64,000 nt of DNA. Source: Eubacteriales bacterium. Lineage in GTDB: Bacteria > Bacillota > Clostridia > Oscillospirales > CAG-272. A model generated the notes under the pieces. It did not search any database, was not told where the DNA came from, and was given only the letters and a program-made list of their open reading frames with translations. Where the stretch lies: contig JAZNBK010000059.1 of the NCBI GenBank assembly GCA_045587025.1, positions 20 through 64,019 on the forward strand, read 5' to 3'. Of this stretch, positions 11,593 to 20,576 are shown piece by piece. Position numbers and translations under genes: made by a program. How positions within the stretch are numbered: position 1 is the stretch's first letter; every line of letters begins with the position of its first letter.

Positions 11593-12667
11593 ACCTTCCC
11601 TTGTCCACCTTTATAATATTTACGTTGCCTTCCTCAAATCCGTTTTTTTCACAACAGGTAATCAGAATTTGTTTATCTTCTTTTTTTTCCAATATATAAG
11701 CGCGTCTTTGTTCATCAAGCTCGCTTAAAACGTCATCAAAGAGAAATACGGGATTTTCCTTGCACCAATTGCGACAAACCTCTCCTTCCGCCATTTTAAG
11801 AGCAAGGACGATAGAGCGTTGCTGTCCCTGAGATGCGTAGGAGCGCGCAGAAATTCCGTTTATCTTTATCTCTATATCGTCTCTGTGAACACCGAAAAGA
11901 GAACAACCGGCCATTATTTCCTTGTCGATAGAGCCGTTTAAAATTTCTATATACTGTTCTTCTAAATTTTCGCTGCCGTCGGTATCGCACTTGTATTCAA
12001 GAGAAAGCTCTTCCTTGCCGTTTGAGATTTCGTATAAAATTCTTTTTGCGCTTTTTTCTATTTCTTTTATGTACTCTCTTCTTTTCTCGTTTATATAGCC
12101 GGCTCTTTTTGCGAGCGCAGCCGACCAGACATAGAGCTGCTCTCTTTCAAAAAACAATCCCTTTTGAGCATTTTTCAGCACTGCGTTTCTGTTTTCGAGA
12201 ATTTTGTTATACTCTGAATATATATTCATATACATCGGCTTTATCTGACTTATTCCGACGTTTACAAAATCTCTGCGAAGATGAGGTCCTTCCTTTACGA
12301 GCATTAAATGCTCCGGAAAAAACAGTACCGCTCTGAAATGTCCGAGCATATTTACTATCTTTTCTTCCTCTGCGCCGTCCTTATATTTTTTCTTTTCCTT
12401 TCCGTAAACACGGTAGGCGAGAGATTTTTTCTTTTCTTCGCTTTCAAAGAGCATTTCTATATAAAATCCCTGTTCGCCGAATCTTTTAAGCTCGTTGTCA
12501 GACGCCATTCGGAAGCTTTTTCCCCGCGCAAAATAATATATAGCTTCTAAAATATTGGTTTTCCCTTGCGCGTTTTGACCGTATAGAAGATTTACTCCCT
12601 CAGAAAAATTTATTTCCGCTTTTTCTATATTTCTGAAATTTTCCGCCTTTAGATTTTTTATCTTCAT
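11573..12667 (-). CDS. recF: DNA replication and repair protein RecF (364 aa)
   Basis: Walker A GQNAQGKTNILEAI, SMC-type signature SQGQQRSIVLALKMAE, Walker B VFLFDDVLSELD. Synteny dnaN-recF. Confidence 0.93.
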   Translation of the reverse strand: MKIKNLKAENFRNIEKAEINFSEGVNLLYGQNAQGKTNILEAIYYFARGKSFRMASDNELKRFGEQGFYIEMLFESEEKKKSLAYRVYGKEKKKYKDGAEEEKIVNMLGHFRAVLFFPEHLMLVKEGPHLRRDFVNVGISQIKPMYMNIYSEYNKILENRNAVLKNAQKGLFFEREQLYVWSAALAKRAGYINEKRREYIKEIEKSAKRILYEISNGKEELSLEYKCDTDGSENLEEQYIEILNGSIDKEIMAGCSLFGVHRDDIEIKINGISARSYASQGQQRSIVLALKMAEGEVCRNWCKENPVFLFDDVLSELDEQRRAYILEKKEDKQILITCCEKNGFEEGNVNIIKVDKGRYVSSYR

Positions 12668-12670
12668 CTT

Positions 12671-13816
12671 TTATTCATTCATTCTTACCGGCTGTACCAT
12701 ATAGAAGAAGTCCTCGTCCGCCTTTTTCTCATGAGGCGCTATCGTAACACTCTGTGTAGGAGATTTAAAGGTCATATCTATTACGTCGCTGTCTGCGGCT
12801 CTTATGCTGTTTATAAGATAACGGCAGTTGAACGCTATCTTAATATTTTCGCCCTCGTGCGCGCAGCTCATTTCGTCATATACCTCACCGCTCGCAGATT
12901 TTGAAGCGAGAGAAATATTTTCCCCGTCTACAATTATCTTCACGTAAGAGCGTGAGCTCTTTTCCTCTGCTATAAGATTAGCTCTTTCAAGACCTACGAG
13001 AAATCTGCCTCTGTCAAGAGTTACCTTTATATCGTTGTTTTTCGGTATTATTCTATTGTAATCTATATATTCCTCGTCAATTAAGCGAGTGAAGAATACA
13101 AGATCCTCAAAATTAAAGATAGCGTGCTTTCTCGTGAGCATTACCTTTATATTTCCGCCCTTGTCGGAAAGGATTTTTACAAGCTCGTTCAATGCGTGAC
13201 CTGGTACTATAAACGAGAAATCCATTTCGCTATTATCAGAAACGTCTGTAATTTCACTCACTATATCACATTTTGAAAGGGTATAGCTGTCGCAGGAAAT
13301 TATTTCAAGCTTATTTTTCTTTATTTTAAAGAAAGCTCCGCAGAGCATAGGTCTCGTGTCCTGCTCCGCAACGGAATGAAGAACCTTTCCTATCATTTTT
13401 TTAAGAATATAAGAGTCGGCTATAAATCCGTTTTCTCCTTTAAGCTCAGGAAGCTTCGGAAAATCCGAGCCCTTTATTGCAAATAAAGAGAAATTGCTCT
13501 TTCCACTCGAAATAACCGTGTTATATCCACCGTCTACCGTGATATTTATAATATCGTCATCAGGCAAAAGGCGCAAAATTTGCATAAGTCGCTGAGCGTT
13601 TATTATGTAGCTTCCGCCCTCAAGGACCCTCTCCGCCTTTAAATATCCGATAACACCTTTTTTCATATCGTAGGAAGAAATTTTTATAAGGGATGTCTCT
13701 TTGTCCGCTTCTATTAAAACTCCTTCTATTGATGTTATCGTATTTTTACTCGACACGCTGCCCATAGCAGGAGAAAGCTTTTCTATAAATTCTTCTTTGT
13801 GAAAGGTAATGTTCAT
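12671..13816 (-). CDS. dnaN: DNA polymerase III beta sliding clamp (381 aa)
   Basis: Three-domain beta-clamp-length ORF directly downstream of dnaA, with N-terminus MNITFHKEEFIEKLSPAMGSVSSKNTITSIEGVLIEA. SD is AAAGGAG. Confidence 0.93.
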   Translation of the reverse strand: MNITFHKEEFIEKLSPAMGSVSSKNTITSIEGVLIEADKETSLIKISSYDMKKGVIGYLKAERVLEGGSYIINAQRLMQILRLLPDDDIINITVDGGYNTVISSGKSNFSLFAIKGSDFPKLPELKGENGFIADSYILKKMIGKVLHSVAEQDTRPMLCGAFFKIKKNKLEIISCDSYTLSKCDIVSEITDVSDNSEMDFSFIVPGHALNELVKILSDKGGNIKVMLTRKHAIFNFEDLVFFTRLIDEEYIDYNRIIPKNNDIKVTLDRGRFLVGLERANLIAEEKSSRSYVKIIVDGENISLASKSASGEVYDEMSCAHEGENIKIAFNCRYLINSIRAADSDVIDMTFKSPTQSVTIAPHEKKADEDFFYMVQPVRMNE

Positions 13817-14128
13817 TTTTTACTCCTTTGTGTTTCTTTTTATTTAAAGAGCGAAGCTCGAAATAAATATAATATAAATAATATAAATAGTAGTAGTAAT
13901 AGTAGGGGATGTTTAAATTGTTAAATGTTGCTTTTTTTGGCTTTATATAGCTGTTTTTTGATGTTGCTTCAATGTTGGAAAAATAAAAAATGTATGTAAA
14001 ATTATGTCAAGAACTTTTAACATCTTTTCAATATTGAAAATGTTATAAAATAAAACGATTTTTTAAACGAATTTTTGAATATCTTTCAACATAAAAACGC
14101 CTGCTTTTGAACATATAAATGTTAAAAA
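13817..14128. other. oriC segment in the dnaA-dnaN spacer (incC-like): AT-rich DUE, DnaA-trios, repeated ATGTTRAAA motif
   Basis: 312-bp non-coding AT-rich spacer between dnaA and dnaN, the canonical Firmicute origin location. Contains TAG/TAA trios at 13888-13905, at least 11 copies of an ATGTT(G/A/T)AAA-type motif on both strands, and a perfect 16-bp palindrome TTTTCAATATTGAAAA at 14025-14040. Confidence 0.8.
13888..13905 (+). other. DnaA-trio array (TAG TAG TAG TAA TAG TAG) followed by a GGGG cluster
   Basis: Six in-phase trinucleotides read directly from the sequence. Flanked 5' by the AT-only block 13857-13887 and 3' by GGGG (13905-13908). Confidence 0.7.
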
Positions 14129-15526
14129 TTATGTTCTTATCGTATTTATAAGCTCTTCAATATCGTATTCAACGTTTTTCTTTTCCTTTATATCCTTCTC
14201 TACCTTTTTAAGAGAGGCGATAACAGTCGCATGATTTCTCGAAAAGAGCTTTCCTATCTCGGTCTGAGGCAGGTCTGTCAGAGTTCTTATAAGATAGATA
14301 CAGATATGACGGGCAGAGGCAATCATTTCATTTCTCTTTGCGCTCTTGATATCCTCTACTGGTATATTGTATTTTTGAGAAACAGCGTTAAATATTTTAT
14401 CTACCGTAAAAGAGACTGAGTTTGAGCCGGAAAGAAAATCTGTCGTTGCTCTCTTACACATAGCGAGTGTAATGGGAGAAGCCGTAAGTACGCTTATCGC
14501 GTTTATCTTCTTTATAGCGCCCTCTATCTGTCTTATATTGTTATTTAACTTTTCTGCGAGGTAATTGACTATCTCGGGAGAAATGTTTATATTGAGAGAT
14601 TCCGCCTTTTTCATAATGATAGCCGTGCGAAGCTCAAAGGTAGGCGGCTGGATATCTGCCATAAGGCCCCATTCAAAACGGGTGCGCAGACGCTCTGACA
14701 GAGGAGTTATTTCCTTTGGCGGACGGTCGGAGGTAAGAATAATCTTTTTTCCCGCCTCGTAAAGAGATGTGAAGGTATGGAAAAATTCCTCCTGCGTCGA
14801 CTCTTTTCCGGCAATGAACTGAATATCGTCTATCAAAAGAACGTCGGCTGAGCGATATTTCTCACGAAAGGAAGAAGTCGTTGAGGTAGAGATAGCGGAG
14901 ATAAGCTCGTTTGTGAACTCCTCGCACTTCTTGTAGATGATTTTTACCGCTGGGTTAGTCCTCTTTATCTCGTTTGTAACTGCGTAGAGAAGGTGAGTTT
15001 TACCCAAACCGCTTTGTCCCCATATGAAAAGGGGATTATATTCGGAGGACTCCTGATTTGCGACAGCAGTGCAGGCAGCGTGGGCAAATTTATTGGAATC
15101 TCCAACGATGAAGTTATCAAAGGTGTATTCCTCGACTATCATATGACTTTCAATAGTGGTCGCAATATCAGGTTCGTTTTCGTCGTCCTGCGTATAAACA
15201 GGGAAGAGCGGTTCCTTTTCCTCTATTGAATAATCGTTTTCGCTTGAAGCGAAGGCAGATAAATGAAAGCCGTCCTTTTCGGGAGTGAAAACGATAGAGC
15301 ATTTTACCTTAAAGCCGATAACTTCAGAAAGACAGGATGAAATAAATTCCATATGTCTTTTTTCTATCAGGTCCTTTTTAAATTCACTGTTTATAGAAAA
15401 CAGCGCTTCCTCATCCGAAAGAGAAATAATTTTTAAGTCGGCATACCAAAGCTTGTAGATTGTTGTTGAAACCTTGCTTTCTATATTCGCAAGCACGGCT
15501 TCGCATAATTCTTTTAACGAGTCCAT
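14129..15526 (-). CDS. dnaA: Chromosomal replication initiator DnaA (465 aa)
   Basis: AAA+ motifs NPLFIWGQSGLGKTHLL and VLLIDDIQFIAGKESTQEEFFHTF, sensor/box VII region SDRPPKEI..RL.TRFEWGL, and domain IV ending IGKLFSRNHATVIASLKKV. Confidence 0.96.
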   Translation of the reverse strand: MDSLKELCEAVLANIESKVSTTIYKLWYADLKIISLSDEEALFSINSEFKKDLIEKRHMEFISSCLSEVIGFKVKCSIVFTPEKDGFHLSAFASSENDYSIEEKEPLFPVYTQDDENEPDIATTIESHMIVEEYTFDNFIVGDSNKFAHAACTAVANQESSEYNPLFIWGQSGLGKTHLLYAVTNEIKRTNPAVKIIYKKCEEFTNELISAISTSTTSSFREKYRSADVLLIDDIQFIAGKESTQEEFFHTFTSLYEAGKKIILTSDRPPKEITPLSERLRTRFEWGLMADIQPPTFELRTAIIMKKAESLNINISPEIVNYLAEKLNNNIRQIEGAIKKINAISVLTASPITLAMCKRATTDFLSGSNSVSFTVDKIFNAVSQKYNIPVEDIKSAKRNEMIASARHICIYLIRTLTDLPQTEIGKLFSRNHATVIASLKKVEKDIKEKKNVEYDIEELINTIRT

Positions 15527-15791
15527 TTTTTTCTCCTGTAATTTTTATTGTATCCGACGTAATCAAAAGACAAAGAAACAAAAAAATATGTAAAGAATAA
15601 GTTTACTTCTCTCTTTTTTGCTTACATACATAATTCATTAACTATATTCTACCACAAAACTTTTCATTTTTCAACATTTGTTTGAAAAAATTCTTACTAA
15701 TTTAATATATATATTTTTATATATATTAAAACGCTTGAAAAGTGGAGAAAATTGTGATAGAATATAGAGGAACTAAAAAAGGAGTAAAATT
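15527..15791. other. Region upstream of dnaA: divergent promoters, probable second oriC segment
   Basis: 265-bp AT-rich spacer between divergent dnaA and the GT2 gene. Contains TTTTTCAACATTTGTTTGAAAAAA (15667-15690), the TA-only run TATATATATTTTTATATATAT, and weak DnaA-box-like AGTGGAGAA (7/9 to TGTGGATAA) near 15750. Confidence 0.5.
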
Positions 15792-16505
15792 ATGAAAATA
15801 TCTCTTTGCATTCCTATGTATAATGAGGAAAAGGTAATAGAAAAAACGTTGGATACTCTTTCTTCCTATATGGAAAATACCTTTTTAGATAATTATGAAA
15901 TAATTTTAATTAATGATGGGTCCAAAGATAGATGCGCCGATATCGTAAAGGAATATAAAAACGATAGGATAAAGCTCATTGATTATAAAGAAAACAGGGG
16001 AAAGGGCTACGCCGTAAGGCAGGGCGTCTTGGCTTCGTGCGGAGATATCGTGATGTTCACCGATTGCGACCTTGCGTACGGCTGCGACGTTATCAAGACC
16101 TTTTATGATGAAATGAAGGGAAAAGGGGCGGACGTTGCCGTTGGCTCAAGAAATTTAGATAAAAAGGGATACGAGGGGTATTCCTTTTTAAGAAAGCTCG
16201 TTTCAAAGGCGTATATAAAGGTTTTATGTATAATAGGAGGTCTGAAGCTCTCTGATTCTCAATGCGGATGTAAGGCGTTTTCGGGCGAGATGGGAAGAAA
16301 AATTTTCTCGTATTGCGAAATAGACCGTTTCGCCTTTGATTTTGAGGCGATTTTAATTGCGACGAGGGCAAAAGCGAAGATAATAGAAATCCCTGTCAGA
16401 ATAATACAAAACTCGGAGTCGAGTATGAATATAGTAAAAGACAGTATAAAAATGGTAAGAGACATAATAAAAATGAAAAAAAGGATAAAAAAGATAGAAT
16501 TATAG
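15792..16505 (+). CDS. Family 2 glycosyltransferase, dolichyl/polyprenyl-phosphate glycosyltransferase-like (237 aa)
   Basis: ISLCIPMYNEEKVIEKTL, INDGSKDRCADIV and FTDCDLAY (DxD-type) are typical GT2 motifs. SD is AAAGGAG. Confidence 0.8.
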   Translation: MKISLCIPMYNEEKVIEKTLDTLSSYMENTFLDNYEIILINDGSKDRCADIVKEYKNDRIKLIDYKENRGKGYAVRQGVLASCGDIVMFTDCDLAYGCDVIKTFYDEMKGKGADVAVGSRNLDKKGYEGYSFLRKLVSKAYIKVLCIIGGLKLSDSQCGCKAFSGEMGRKIFSYCEIDRFAFDFEAILIATRAKAKIIEIPVRIIQNSESSMNIVKDSIKMVRDIIKMKKRIKKIEL

Positions 16506-16528
16506 AGAAGAGTCAATCATAACAAAGA

Positions 16529-16563
16529 GGCGTGATATTCTGAAACTGATATCACGCCTTTTA
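16529..16563 (+). terminator. Rho-independent terminator after the GT2 gene
   Basis: 10-bp stem GGCGTGATAT/ATATCACGCC followed by TTTT. Confidence 0.75.
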
Positions 16564-16805
16564 TATTACCCTCGTTTTGAATAGAAAAAAGGAAAGGTAG
16601 AGCTTTCAAAAAAGGTGCTGTAAATTATTATTTGCAACGCCTTTAAATTTTTATTTTTTTCTTCATTAAATTATATATGGGATAAAAAAACAATAAAAAT
16701 TAAAAAAGAAAAATGAAAGAAATTTTTAAAAAATAAAAGTGAAGCATTGAAAAAAGAAGGAAAAATGAAAGATAAAAGATAATGAGATATGGCGCTCCTG
16801 TCAAA

Positions 16806-17192
16806 TCAGTAACGCCGCTTGCTCATTCTTTTAGGTTTTCCCTTGAAAATAATAGAAAAAAGGTAGCCAAAGAGCAAAGCGGAACAAACGCCTGCCGAGG
16901 CGGCGGTAAGACCGCCGGTAAGAGCGCCGAGCAGCCCCTGCTCGTTTACCGCCTCTTTAATTCCGCGCGCTACGGTTCCCCCAAAGCCGATAAGGGGAAC
17001 GGACGCGCCACAGCCGGCAAACTCCTTTAACGGCTCGTAAAGCCCGACAGCGCCGAGAAAAACGCCGAGACAGACGAAAAAGACGAGTATTCTCGCAGGC
17101 GTCAGCTTCGTCTTGTCTATCAAAAGCTGGGCGAGCGCGCAAAAAAGACCTCCGACGGCAAACGCCTTTAATAAATCATAAAAAAACTCCAT
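16806..17192 (-). CDS. spoVAE: Stage V sporulation protein AE (SpoVAEB-like, 128 aa)
   Basis: Polytopic small membrane protein with GASVPLIGFGGTVARGIKEAV and LGALTGGLTAASAGV. Downstream of spoVAC and spoVAD. Confidence 0.8.
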   Translation of the reverse strand: MEFFYDLLKAFAVGGLFCALAQLLIDKTKLTPARILVFFVCLGVFLGAVGLYEPLKEFAGCGASVPLIGFGGTVARGIKEAVNEQGLLGALTGGLTAASAGVCSALLFGYLFSIIFKGKPKRMSKRRY

Positions 17193-17346
17193 TTTTTTAG
17201 TTCCTTTTTGAGTGAAATTGGTATGTTAAAATGTTAAAAACAATGTTGAAAACTATAATATAAAAGGAAGAAAAAATCACAAAAGCGAGGGCGGCGTAAA
17301 CTATTATTTACGCCGTTTTTTGAATGAAAGAGAAGGGCGAGAAAAA

Positions 17347-18456
17347 TCAGATTTCAAGCCGTAGAAGAGGCGCAATTCCCGCAATAGTACCCCCCTGCTG
17401 TATGCTCGACGGGCTCATCAGAGCGCCTGTCGCAAGAAAGAGAACGTTTTTTAAATCCCCCCTTCGCATCGAGGGGAGAAAGTGAGCGGAAAGAATAGAC
17501 GCGCTGCAGCCGCAACCGCTGCCGCCGCTGTGTACGTCCTGCCTGTTATAATCGTACATCATCATTCCGCAGTCAAGATGCCTTTCCTTTATAGAAATTC
17601 CGACCGAGGAGAGAAGGTCGTAAAGAATTTCCGAGCCCTCTTTTCCTAAATCGCCCGTTACTATACAGTCAAAGTCGCTTGGACTTCTTTTTGTCTCTTT
17701 AAAGTAATGCTCCAAGCTGTGAGCGCAGGCGGGCGCCATAGCGGCGCCCATATTTGACGCGTCCGACACTCCGCTGTCTATTATTTTTCCTGCCATAACC
17801 TCGGTAACGAAAACCTCGTTTGAATACAAACTTATACTCTTTTCTTTCGGAAAAGTCATATTTTTGGGCGTTTTCCGACAAAAACTGTCAATATTTGGTA
17901 AATCGTTAGAGTGTTCTTCTGCGTCTTCTTTTGAAAAACAATTTTCAATTATAAACGCGCCTGCGGCGGTAGCGGTCCATTGCGCTGTCGGAGTTCTCTG
18001 CCCGCCGTATTCTATCGGGGTACGGAACTGCCTTTCCGCAGCGCAGTTATGCGAGGAGGTTATTGCGACGCATCTTGAGGGCGCTTTTTGGGCGGAAAGA
18101 AAGACGGAGGCGCAGAGAATAGCTTCAGCGCAGGTCGAGCAGGCGCCGTAAAGACCGATATAGGGAATACCAAAGGAGGAGAGCCCCGAGGAAGAAGCGA
18201 CGCACTGATTTTGCAGGTCCCCGGCAAAAAGAAGGTCGATATCGCACGGCTTTAGCTTTGCTTTTTTAAGAGCCAGATTCAGAGTTATCCTTTCGAGCTC
18301 TCCCTCTGCCTGCTCCCAGCTCTTTGCGCCGAAGCGGTCGCTTTCGTCGTGAAAATCGAAGCTATCTCCCAAAGGTCCGAAAAACTCCTCGTGCCCAACG
18401 GCAGAGGCGGAGTGGGTAATTTTTATTTTTCTGCCGAGTGACATTATTTTTTGCAA
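17347..18456 (-). CDS. spoVAD: Stage V sporulation protein AD (369 aa)
   Basis: Thiolase-like SpoVAD pattern: HSASAVGHEEFFGPLGDSFD, FAGDLQNQC, YGACSTCAE, SGGSGCGCSA. Carries an extra ~40-aa segment (FSKEDAEEHSNDLPNIDSFCRKTPKNMTFPKEKSISLYS). Confidence 0.85.
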   Translation of the reverse strand: MQKIMSLGRKIKITHSASAVGHEEFFGPLGDSFDFHDESDRFGAKSWEQAEGELERITLNLALKKAKLKPCDIDLLFAGDLQNQCVASSSGLSSFGIPYIGLYGACSTCAEAILCASVFLSAQKAPSRCVAITSSHNCAAERQFRTPIEYGGQRTPTAQWTATAAGAFIIENCFSKEDAEEHSNDLPNIDSFCRKTPKNMTFPKEKSISLYSNEVFVTEVMAGKIIDSGVSDASNMGAAMAPACAHSLEHYFKETKRSPSDFDCIVTGDLGKEGSEILYDLLSSVGISIKERHLDCGMMMYDYNRQDVHSGGSGCGCSASILSAHFLPSMRRGDLKNVLFLATGALMSPSSIQQGGTIAGIAPLLRLEI

Positions 18457-18505
18457 GCTTTTTCTCCTTTACGCTTTTTAATAACCGATTTTAATACGGC
18501 TTCCT

Positions 18506-18952
18506 TTAAAGAAAAAGGGATGTGATATAATAGACGACACCGTAAACGGCGCCCGAAATAATCGCGTACAAAACGACGGGGCCCGCGACGGTAAATATCT
18601 TTGCGCCCACGCCGAGAATAAGTCCCTCGCTTTTCGTATCTATGGCGGGGGAGACGACGGCGTTTGCAAAGCCGGTGACGGGGAGAAGCGTTCCTGCGCC
18701 CGCATACCTCGCTATGTTATCAAAAACCCCCAGCCCCGTCAGGAGCGAGGCGATAAAGATAAGCGAGACGCTCACGAGCGAATACGAGGTCTTTTGGTCT
18801 GCGCCAAGCAGGGAATAAAGATACAGCAATGCCTCTCCAAATGCGCAGATAAGTCCGCCAACCCAAAAGGCAGCGAAGCAATTCTTTCCGAGAGGAGATT
18901 TTTTCGCTCTTTTCTCAACGTATTTATTGTAGCTTTCTTTACTTTGATGCAT
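18506..18952 (-). CDS. spoVAC: Stage V sporulation protein AC (148 aa)
   Basis: ORF 18506..19243 trimmed to the ATG at 18950-18952 (MHQSKESYNKYVEKRAKKSP...) after a GGGGG SD. SpoVAC motifs ARYAGAGTLLPVTGFANAV and GVGAKIFTVAGPVVLY. The long version would run into the pyrR promoter and CDS. Confidence 0.85.
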   Translation of the reverse strand: MHQSKESYNKYVEKRAKKSPLGKNCFAAFWVGGLICAFGEALLYLYSLLGADQKTSYSLVSVSLIFIASLLTGLGVFDNIARYAGAGTLLPVTGFANAVVSPAIDTKSEGLILGVGAKIFTVAGPVVLYAIISGAVYGVVYYITSLFL

Positions 18953-19086
18953 ATAACCCCCGAGAAAATAGTAATAGTGAAAAATGAATAATTCAAAGCT
19001 TTTTTTGTTTACCGAGTGAAATTGATGAACCTTGCAGCCGAAATGATTTGTTTCTATTTTTACACAAAAAACGCAATTTATACATA

Positions 19087-19706
<620 letters not shown>

Positions 19707-19741
19707 GAGCAAAAAAATAAAAACAAGAAAAGAGAATCATT

Positions 19742-20320
19742 ATGAGCAATTATGAAATCAGAAAAAAAGCGCGACTTTTGTTGGGCAACAAAATTTTCGG
19801 TGAAAAATGGATGACGGCGCTCGTTGCAGTTTTAGTTTTCTCGGCGATATCGAGCGCGCTCGGACTCGTTTACGTAGGTTGGATCTTTTTTGGATGCGTC
19901 CTTGTCGGTTTCGTTGAGAACTTTATGGCGATAGCGAGAGGCGGAGAAAACGACATAGGTCGTATTTTTAACGGGTTTAAGGGTGATAAATTTGCAAAAT
20001 CCTTAGTTCTTTGCCTTCTCCAAAGTATTTTTATTTTTCTTTGGAGCTTGCTTCTTATAATTCCCGGAATTATAAAGACGTATAGCTATTCAATGGCGTT
20101 TTACATAATGAACGACCACCCTGAATATACGGCAAAGCAGTGCTTGGATGAAAGCCGCAGAATGATGGACGGGCACAAATTCGACCTCTTTCTTTTGCAT
20201 CTCAGCTTTATCGGCTGGATTATCGTCGGAGCGCTTACGTTTGGAATAGGTATACTGTGGGTTGAGCCGTATATGCAGATGTCGGTAGCGTGCTTCTATG
20301 AGGAAATAAAAAACCGATAA
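19742..20320 (+). CDS. DUF975-family integral membrane protein (192 aa)
   Basis: N-terminus MSNYEIRKKARLLLGNKIFGEKWMTALVAVLV and four hydrophobic helices match the DUF975 layout as I remember it. Confidence 0.6.
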   Translation: MSNYEIRKKARLLLGNKIFGEKWMTALVAVLVFSAISSALGLVYVGWIFFGCVLVGFVENFMAIARGGENDIGRIFNGFKGDKFAKSLVLCLLQSIFIFLWSLLLIIPGIIKTYSYSMAFYIMNDHPEYTAKQCLDESRRMMDGHKFDLFLLHLSFIGWIIVGALTFGIGILWVEPYMQMSVACFYEEIKNR

Positions 20321-20364
20321 GGGCGACCGAAGCGACACTTTACAAATAGCGTAAAAAAAGAAAA

Positions 20365-20400
20365 GGAGACCTCGCGGAAAAACGCGGGGTTTCCGTTTTT
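20365..20400 (+). terminator. Rho-independent terminator after the DUF975 gene
   Basis: 12-bp stem GGAGACCTCGCG/CGCGGGGTTTCC (two G-U pairs) followed by GTTTTT. Confidence 0.65.
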
Positions 20401-20576
20401 ACGAAAACTTTGACGGCAAAAAAAGAAATCAAGAAAAACGCAAAAAAATCCTTGTAAACACCGCAAATTCACATCATATTCACATAATGGTGTTATACTT
20501 ATATAGTTTTATTTATTTCAAAATAAATTATGTATCGAAAATAAAAAGGAAAGCAAAGAAAAAGGAGAGAGTTCCA

